From the human T2T-CHM13v2.0 reference genome, Homo sapiens: 64,000 nt of DNA. The notes under the pieces are model-generated. The model worked only from the letters and a program-made list of their open reading frames with translations. It searched no databases and had not been told where the DNA came from. Positions within the stretch are counted from its first letter, which is position 1. The number at the start of each line of letters is the position of its first letter. The stretch lies in NCBI RefSeq assembly GCF_009914755.1, contig NC_060926.1. One strand, written 5' to 3'. This document shows positions 54,418 through 64,000 of this stretch, piece after piece. Made by a program: the position numbers and the translations under genes.

Positions 54418-55944
54418 ATTATCTTTTTTGAAAAGACAGAAAGAGAGGGTGTGGGAAGGAGAACCTAGTTAAAATAACAACACAACTGTTCCAATAAAAT
54501 TTTGTTTACTAAGATACATGAGGTGATCGTCTAAGTTCTAACACACCATGTTTTCACATTTCATATCTCTTTTAGATGATTTCATCAGTCATAATAATAT
54601 AAAATACAGGTTAGCACTTTATTGATGCTGCGCCTTTAATAGATGAATCTTGCAAGCAAACATTAACTTCTGGCCTTTGAGATCACCTTCTCTTTCTCTG
54701 ACTCACACTCTTGTCTCTTAAGCTATATTTATTTATCTCCACAGAAGAGAAAATGATTGTAATAAAGGGGAACAGTTCTCTCTCTTGATATTTGATTCAT
54801 TTTTCTCCTCTTGTTCAAGAAAGATGAAATATTTGGAATAATCTGGTATATACTATGATCTCTTATAATTTTGCACTCTTTTTAACTGCACATGGTGATT
54901 AACATGCTTTGATTTATTTTGAAAAGGGATGGTAAAGTTGTTTTTAAGAACAATAGTCTGCCAGAAATATTTTAAGAGCCTTTTGCTATGCTAGAAGGAT
55001 AAACCATGTCAGGTGTTTCATGGGATTGAAAGATGATCTCCAATCCCTTTTTACTCTTATTTATCCCAATGTTTTTGAATAATCCTTAAGATAATCAAGA
55101 AGTTATTAACTGTGCTATTAAATACAGTGCACGAGAGTGACATTCAAATATGAAAGCTACTTTAAAAGAATCACAAAGCAGAAAGTGACCTTGGTTGCCA
55201 TTTAATCCAAGTCAGAGAGCATTTAAACTCTGCCGGAATAGTTTAACCTCATTCTTAAGATCTCTAGGAAAAAAAAATTATTCATTTTCACAAAGAAACC
55301 TATTCAAATGTTACCTTCCCTCAGGGAGGCAAGATGTCCAAATTACACTTTAATACAAAAATGGAATGTTTTTCAGTGATAGTCTTATTAGTAATATTTT
55401 GACATCAGTATAGCTACTGGGAAACTGAGGCTGTAGATTAGGGATGCTGGTTTTCAGTTCTCTGAGCATGTGTCTCTTTTTTCACTGAGGTCAAAGTAAC
55501 ACATTTGCAGTCCTGATATACTTACAGGAATAAGACACTAGTAGGGAAATGGGCAGAAAGGTCACTCACAAGCTATTCAAGTGAATTACCAACTTATAAA
55601 GGGTGTCATTTATATTAAAATCCCTTTAGTATTTTGAGAGGCAGTCATCATATTATCATGGTCAGTTATTTGCAGCTCTTGGATTTTTTCATACAAAAGC
55701 ATATACTGAAGACTCAGTCTGGTGACATAAAACAGAGTCTGATATTTTTAAAATCTGTACTGTGCATGTCAGATTAACTTGACATAGTTGCTAAATACAA
55801 GTATTTTTTTATAGAAAGTGACTAAGAAGCTTTACTCAAAAAGTCACAGTGATTCCTCAGAACCATTCAGGTCTGCTAATGGTCCCCCTCAAAAATTATT
55901 AGTAATAGTCTTGATAATCATTAAAACTCTGTTGCAAATAAGTT

Positions 55945-56852
55945 TGAAAAGATACTCAATATCATATGTCACTAGGGGATTGTAAATTCAAACAACAATG
56001 AGATAGACACTACTAAATACCTGACAGAATGATTAAAATCTAAAACACGGACAACACCAAATGCTGACAAGGATGTGGAGCAGTAGGAACTGTCATTTAT
56101 TGCTGGTGAAAATACAAAATAGTACAACCACATAGGAAATTGTTTGGCAGTGTCTTACAAAACTAAACATACCCTTACTGTATGATTTAGCTGTCACATG
56201 TCATAGTATTTGCCCAAATGAGGTGAAAACTTAAGTCCGCACAAAAACCTTCCACAGATGATTATAGAAGTCTCATACTTAGTTGCTATAACTTGAAAAT
56301 AATCAAGATGTCCTTCAGGAGCTGAACGGATACATAAATTATGGTACATCCATACAATGGAATATTATTCAGTTGAAAAGGAAATGAGCCATGAAATCAA
56401 GTCATGAAAAGACATGAAAGAAACTTACATGCATATTCCTAAGTGAAAGAAGCCAAACTGAAACAGTTATATACTGTAATATTCCAAGTATATGACATTA
56501 TTGAAAAGGCAAAACAATGGAGTCAGGGTTCAGAGGGAAGGCAGGAGGAATGAATAGGCAGAACACAGGGGATTTTTAGGGCAGTAAAACTATCATGTAT
56601 AATACTGAAATAGATATATGTCATTGTACATTTGTTAAAACACAAAGAACTGTACAACACAAAAAGTGAGCCTTAATGTAATCTATGGACTTTAGTCAAT
56701 AATAATATGTCAATATTGGCTTAACAAATGTTCCACACAAATCCAAGATGTTAATAATAAGGAAAATTAAAGGTTATGGGAGAAGACTATATGGAAACTC
56801 TGCACTTTCTTCCTAATTTTCCTCTAAGCATAGAACTGCTCTAAAAAATTAA
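55945..56852 (+). mobile_element. L1MC-like 3' end fragment
   Basis: 'gacaacaccaaatgctgacaaggatgtggagcagtaggaact...tcttacaaaactaaacata' through 'aactgctctaaaaaat'. Confidence 0.85.
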
Positions 56853-56859
56853 GTAACAA

Positions 56860-59800
56860 GGAGGTAGAGCAAGATGGCAGGATAGAAGGCTTCACCAATA
56901 GTTTCCCTCACAAGGGCAACAAGTTAACTACTACCTACACAGAAAAATACACCTTCATAAGAATCAAAAATCAGGTGAGCATTCACAGTACCTGGTTTTA
57001 ACTCCATATTGCTGAAAGAGGCAGAGAAGAGATAGAAAAAAACAGTTCTGAATGGTTGACGCCACCATCCTCTACCCCTGGGCAGTGACAGTGTGTTGCA
57101 GAGAGCATCTCTGGGTGCTGGGGAGGGAGAACACAGCTATTGTGAGGCACTGAACTCAGTGCTGTCCTGTTAGAGCACAAAGGAAAACCAGACCAAATTC
57201 AGCTGACACGCCCATGAGGGGAGCATTTAAACTGGCCCTAACCAGAGGGGAATCACCAATCCCAGTGGTCCGAGCTTGATTCCCTCAAACCTTGCCACCA
57301 TGGGCTACGGCACTCTGTGTCTCCAGGCAAACTTGAAAGGCAGTCTAGGCCATAAAGACTGCAACTCTTAGATGAGTTCTAGTTTTTCACTAGGCCCAGA
57401 GACAGTTTACTCAGAGGGCATGCAACATACAGAGACACCAGCTGGGGCAGCTAAAGGAGTGCTGGCATCCCACCTCCTGACCCTCAGGTTGCAGAGCTCC
57501 CAGCTCCAAAAGACACCCCTTCCTTCTGTGTGAGGAGAGGCGAGGGAGGAGTAGGGAGGATTTTGTCTTGCATCTTGGATACTAGCTCAGCCACAGCAAG
57601 ATAGGGCACCAGCTAGAGTCATGAGGCCCATGTTCCAGACCCAAGCTCCCAGACAACATTTCTAGACATACCTTGGGCCAGAAGGAAACCCAGTGCCTTG
57701 AACGAAAGGGCTTCATCCTGGCAGTATTCCTCACCTGCTAACCGAAGAACCCCTGAGCCCTAAATAATCAGCCATGATACCCAAGTACTACATAGAGGGT
57801 CTTGGGTGAGCCTATGAGACTTGCTGGCTTCAGGAAGCAGCATAGCCACAGGGTGATAGAGCACCAAGCAGACTCTTTGGGTCCCTGAGTCTAGGACTTG
57901 ACTCTTGAAAAGCATTTCTGGACTAGCTGTGGGCCAGAGGGGAGCCCACTTCCCTGAAGGGTGAGTCTCAGGCCAGGCAGCATTCACAATAAGCTGATTT
58001 AAGAGACCTTGGGCTTTAAGGGAACATCAGCATTAGTCTGGCAGTACTCTTCATGGCCTGGGGTGGCAGTGGCTACCAGGTGAGGCTCCTCCACCTTTGG
58101 AAAGGTGAGGGAAGAATGGGAAAAACTGCCTCTTATGGTGTATGGTACCAGGGACCAATCCTGGAGAATCAGACATATATAACCATTCAGACAGATAATT
58201 CAAAATAGCCATTTTGAGAGAACTCAAAGAAATTCAAGATAACATACAGAAGAAATTAAAATTCTGTCAGATAATTTAACAAAGAGATGGAAATAATTTT
58301 TAAAATATCGAGCAGAAAAACTGGAGCTGAAAAATAAAATTGGCATACTGAAGAATCCATGAGAACCCTTTGATAGCAGAATTGATTAAGCAGAATAAAG
58401 AATTAGTGAGCTTGAAGACAGACTATTTGAAAATACACAGTCAGAGGAGACAAAAGTAAAAAGAATAAAAAACAATGACGTATGGATACAAGATCTAAAA
58501 AAAAAAAAGCCTCAAAAGGGCCAATCTAAGAGTTATTGAACTTAAAAAGGATGTAGAGAAAGAGACAGGGTTAGAAAGTTTATTCAAAGAGATAATAACA
58601 GAGAGCTTCCCAACCCTATAGAAAGATATCACCATCCAAGTACAAGAAGGTCATAGAACACCAAGCAGATTTAACCCAAAGAAGACTATAACTGAAGGCA
58701 TTTAATAATCAAACTCCCAAAAGTCAAGGACACACAAAGGGTCCTAAAAGCAGCAAAAGAAACAAATAACATACAATGGAGGTCCAATACATTTGGAAGC
58801 TGGCTTCTCAGTGGAAACCTTACAGGCCAGGAGAGAGAAGCATGAAATATTTTAAGTATTGAAGGGAAAAACTTTTACACTAGAATAGTATATCCTGTGA
58901 AACTATCCTTCAAACATGAGGGAGAAATACTTTCCCAGACAAACAAAAGCAAGGGATTTCTTCAATACCAGGCATGTCCTGCAAGAAATGCTTAAGTGAG
59001 TACTTCAATCAGAAAGAAAAGGATATTAATGAGCAACAAATAATCACTTGAAGACATACAATTTACTGATAATTGTAAGTACACAAGAAAATAGAATATC
59101 ATAATACTGAAACTATGGTGTGTATACTACTCTTTTCCTAAGTAGAAAGACTAAATGATGAACTAATAAAAATAATAACTACAACAACTTTTCAGGATAT
59201 AATCAACACAATAATATAAACAAAACAACAAAAAGTGAAAAAGTTGAGGGACAAAGATAAGGCATAGGATTTTTATTAGTTTGCTTTTTCCTTGTTTGTT
59301 TGTTTACACAAATAGTGTTAAATTGTTATCAGGTTAAAATAATTGGTTATAAGATAGTACTGGCAAGCCTTGAACCAAAAAACATACAATGTATATATAA
59401 AAAATAAAAAATAAGAATCTAAATTATATAACCAGAGGAAATCACCTTTACTAGAAGAAGACAGGAAGGAAAGAAAGAAGGAAGGGAAGACCATAAAACA
59501 CCAGAAAATAAATAACAAAATGGCAAAAGTAAGTCCTTACTTATCAATAATAACATTAAATATAGATGGACTAAACTCTCATATCAAAAGACATACAGCA
59601 GCTGAATAGAAGAAAAATCAACACCCGTAGATCTGTTGCCTACAAGAAACACACTTCACCTATAAAGGCACACCTAGACTGAAAATAAAGAAATGGAAAA
59701 AGATATTCCATACCAATGGGAAACAAAAAAGAACAGGAGTCACTATACTTATATCATACAAAATAGATTTCAAGACAAAAACTATTAGAAGAGACAAAGA

Positions 59801-62800
59801 AGGTTACTATATAATGATAAAGGGGTCAATTCAGCAACAATTTTAAATATATATGCAAACAAAACTGGAGCACCCAGATATATAAAGTGAATATTATCAG
59901 AGCTAAAGAGAGAGATAGGCCCCAATACAATAGTAGCTGAAGACTTCAACACTCTACTTTCAGCATTGGACAGATCATCAAGAAAGAAAATAAACAAAGA
60001 AACATCACACTTAATCTGCACTATATACCAAATGGATCCAATAGATATTTACAGAATATTTTATCCAAGAGCTGCAGAATACATATTATTTTCCTCAGCA
60101 CATAAATCATTCTCAAGGATAGACCATATGTGAGGTCACAAAATAAATCTTAAAACATTCAAAAAATTGAAATAATGTCAAGCATCCCCTCTGACCATGA
60201 TGGAATAAAACTAGAAATTAATATCAGCAGGAATTTTGGAAATTACACAAATAGCTGGAAATTAAATAATATGCTCCTGAATAGCCAGTGGCTCAATGAA
60301 GAAATCAAGAAAGAAATTGAAAAATTTCTGGAAAAAAATGATAATGGAAGCACAACATACCAAAACCCATGGAATATAGCAAAAGCAGTACTAAAAGGGA
60401 AGTTTATAGCTATAAGTGCCTATATACAAAAGAGGAAAAACTTCAAATGAACAATCTAATGATGCACCCTTAAAAACTAGAAAAGTAAGAGCAAACCAAA
60501 CCCAAAATTAGGAGAAGGAGAGAAATAACAAATATCAGAGCAGAAATAAATGAAATTGAAATGAAAAAACAATACACAAGATCAATGACACAAAAAGTTG
60601 GTTTTCTGAAAAGTTAAAAAAAAACCTGACAAACCTTTAGCTAGACTAAGAGCAAAAGAGAGAAGATCCAAATAAAATCAAAAATGAAAAAAGAGACATT
60701 ACAGCTGATACTACAGAAATTCAAAGGATCATTAGTGGCTATTATGAGAAACTATATACCAATAAATTTGAAAATCTAGAAGAAATGGACAATTTCCTAG
60801 ATACATACAACCTGCCAAGATAGAACCAGGAAGAAATCCAGAACTTGAACAGACCAGTAACAAGCAATGGAATTGATAAAAAGACTCCTACAAAAGGAAA
60901 GCCTGAGACCTGATGGCTTCACTGCTGAATTCTACCAAACATTTAAGGAAGAACTAATACCAATCCTATTCAAACTATTCTGAAAAATATAAAAGGAGGG
61001 AACACTTCCAAACCCATTATATGAGGCAGGTATTACCCTGATACCAAAACCAGACAAAGATACATGAACAAAAAAGAAAGTTGAAATTAAGAAGAAAATT
61101 GAAAAATTTCTTGAAACGAATGTATAATGGAAACACAACATACAGAAACCTATGGAATATAGCAAAAGCAGTACTAAGAGGGAAGTTTGTAGCTATAAGT
61201 ACAAAAGATCTACAGGCCAATATCTCTGATGAATATTGATGCAAAAACCCTCAACAAAATACTAGCAAACCGAATTCAACAATACATTAGAAAAATTATT
61301 CATTGTGACCAAATGGGATTTATCCCTGGGATGCAAGGATGGTTTCAACATATGCAAATGAAACCAATGTAATATGTCATATCAACAGAATGAAGGATAA
61401 AAACCATGTGATCATTTCAATTGATGCTGAAAAAGCATTTAATAAAATTCCACATCCCTTCATGATAAAAACCCTCAAAAAACTGCAGCTAGAAGGAACA
61501 TAACTCAGCATAATAAAAGCCATACATGACAGACCCACAGCTAGTAACATACTGAATAGAGGAAAACTGAAAGCCTTTTCTCTGAGATCTGGAACACTAC
61601 AAGCATGCCGACTGCCACTACTGTTATTCTACATAGTATTGGAAGTTCTAGCTAGAGCAATCAGACAAGAGAAAGATATAAAGAAAGTCCAAATTGGAAA
61701 GGAAGAAATAAAATTATCCTTGTTTACAGATGACATAATATTATATTTGGAAAAAAACTAAAGACTCTACAAGGAAACTATAAGAACTGGTAAACAAATT
61801 CAGTAAAGTTGCAGGATACAAAAGCAACATACAAAAATGAGTAGCATTTTTAAACACCAACAGTGAACAATGTGGAAAAAAAAGTAATCCCACTTACAAT
61901 AGCCACATATAAAATTAAATACTTAGAAAGTAGCCAAAGAAGTGAAAGATTTCTATAATGAAAACCATAAAACATTCATGAAAGAAATTGAAGAGGACAC
62001 CAAAAAAATGGAGAAATATTCCATGTTTATTGATTGGAAGAATCAATATTGTTAAAATGCCCATATTACCCAAAGCAATCTACAGATTCAATGCAATCCC
62101 TATCAAAATATCAATGTTATTCTTCACAGAAATAGAAAAAAAATCATAAAATTTATATGCAACCACAAAAGGCCCAGAAGAGCTTATCCTAAGCAAAAAA
62201 AAAAGAAAAAAGAAAACTGGAAGAATCGTGTTACATGACTTTAAATTATACTGCAGAGCTATAGTAACCAAAGCAGCATGGTACTGCTATAAACAGAGAC
62301 ATATAAACCAATGGAACATAATAGAGAACCTAGAAACAAATCCACACACCTATAGTGAACTCATTTTCAACACAAGTGCCAAGAACATACACCAGAGAAA
62401 AGACAGTCTCTTCAATAAATGGTGCTGGGAAAACTGAATATCCACATGCAGAGGAGTGAAATTAGACACCTATCTCTCACCACATACAAAAATCAAATAA
62501 AAATAAATCAAAGACTTAAATCTAACATTTCAAACTATGAAACTGCTACAAGAAAACATTGGGGAAATTCTCCCAGACATTGGTCTGAACAAAAGTTTCT
62601 TGAGCAGTACCTCACAAGCACAGGCAACCAAAGCAAAAATGGACAAATGGGATCACATCAAGTTAAAAAGCTTCTGCACGGCAAAGGAAACAATTGAAAA
62701 GGTGAAGACATAACGCACAGAATGGGAGAAAATATTTATAAACTACCCATCTAACAAGAGATTAATAACCAGAACATATAAGGAGTGCAAACAACTCTAT

Positions 62801-63789
62801 TGGAAAAAAAATCTAATAATCCAATCAAAAGGTGGGCAAAATGTTTGAATAGACATTTCTCAAAAGAAGACATACAAGTGGCAAACAGGCATATGAAAAT
62901 GTGCTCAACATCACTGATCATCAGAGAAATGCAAATCGCAACTACAATGAGATATCATCTCACCCCAGTTAAAATGTGTAACATCCCAAAGACAGGCAAT
63001 AACACATACTGACAAGGATTTGGACAAAAGGGAAACCTGCACACTGTTGGTGGGAATGTAAATTAGTACAGCTACTATAGAGAACAGTTTGATGATTACT
63101 CAAAAGACTAAAAATTGAGTTTCTATATGATCCAGCAATCCCACTGCTGAGTATATACCCAAAAGAAAAGAAATCAGTCTATTGAATAGATGTATGCACT
63201 CCTGTCTTTGTTGGAGCACTGTTTACAATAGCTAAGATTTGGAAGCAACCTAAGTGTCCATCAACATATGAAGAGATAAAGGAAATGTGGTACATATACA
63301 TAATGGAATATTATTTGTCCGTAAAAAAAAATGAGATCCAGTCATTTGCAACAACATGGTTGGAACTGGAGGTCATCGTATTAAGTGAAATAAGCAAGAC
63401 ACAGAAAGACCGCATGTTCTCACTTATTTGTGGGATCTAAAAATTAAAACAATTGAACACTTTAACATAGAGAACAGAGGAATGGTTACCAGAGGCTGGG
63501 AAGGGTAGTTGGGGGCTAGGGGAAGGTGGGGATGATTAATGATTACAAAAAATATTTAGAAAGAATGAATAAGACCTACTATTTGATAGGACAATTGGCT
63601 GACTATAGTTAATAATAACTTAATTGTACAGTTTAAAATATGTTGATGAGTATAATTGGATTGTTTGTAACTCAAAGGATAAATGCTTTCTACATGATGT
63701 GCTTATTTCACATTGCATGGTTGTATCAAAACATCTCACATACCCCATAAATATATACACCTATTATGTACCCACAAAAATTAAAAATA
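56860..63789 (+). mobile_element. Near full-length, inactive L1 (L1MA1/2-like)
   Basis: 5' end 'ggaggtagagcaagatggc', GC-richer 5' UTR, broken ORF1, ~0.5-kb spacer, ORF2 from the ATG at 59520, L1MA 3' UTR; TSD aaaaaattaagtaacaa (56843-56859) vs aaataattatgtaaaaa (63790-63806). Confidence 0.93.
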
Positions 63790-64000
63790 AAATAATTATG
63801 TAAAAATAAAATAAATGAAGGAAAAACAAACTAAGGTGCAACGATCACATCTCTGAATTAGTTATTTATAAGGCAAAGATTGCTTATTAATATCTTTTTA
63901 ACAATGTGTCCACATTACTCTCACCAGGGTTTCAGAACTTCAGAGGTAGGGACTCTATTAAAACTAATATTGCAAGTCACAATATTCTCAAAAAAAAAAA

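Noticed and set aside
59520-63200. L1 ORF2 as a functional CDS
   Set aside because: Many stops and frameshifts plus an internal insertion; the longest open pieces are under 100 aa.

Overview
This is AT-rich, CpG-poor primate genomic DNA, almost certainly human, because it carries a complete AluYa5. It reads as intergenic or deep-intronic sequence. I cannot support any intact protein-coding gene, RNA gene, CpG-island promoter or CRISPR-like array; the ORF-track entries are short chance frames or pieces of Alu, L1 and ERV. The window is mostly layered transposable elements: MIR, L2 and CR1/L3 relics, MaLR LTRs, MER3/MER5/MER58/MADE2 DNA transposons, eight Alu-family inserts, and about 14 kb of plus-strand L1 in the last third. 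The most unusual structure is a 1.64-kb ERV1 (LTR9/HUERS-P3-like) piece at 18344-19985 built like an L1-retroposed mRNA rather than a provirus: 5'-truncated, ending at the LTR poly(A) site with no U5, with an A-tail remnant and a ~13-bp target-site duplication. It carries a SOX/TCF-OCT composite motif. Other points of interest are a ~118-bp templated insertion inside L1 ORF2, a 222-bp polypurine tract that grew inside L1 ORF1, and several motif-dense unique segments that could be enhancers. I found no convincing new biological system. Repeat subfamily names are recognised from memory, and boundaries of old repeats are approximate.
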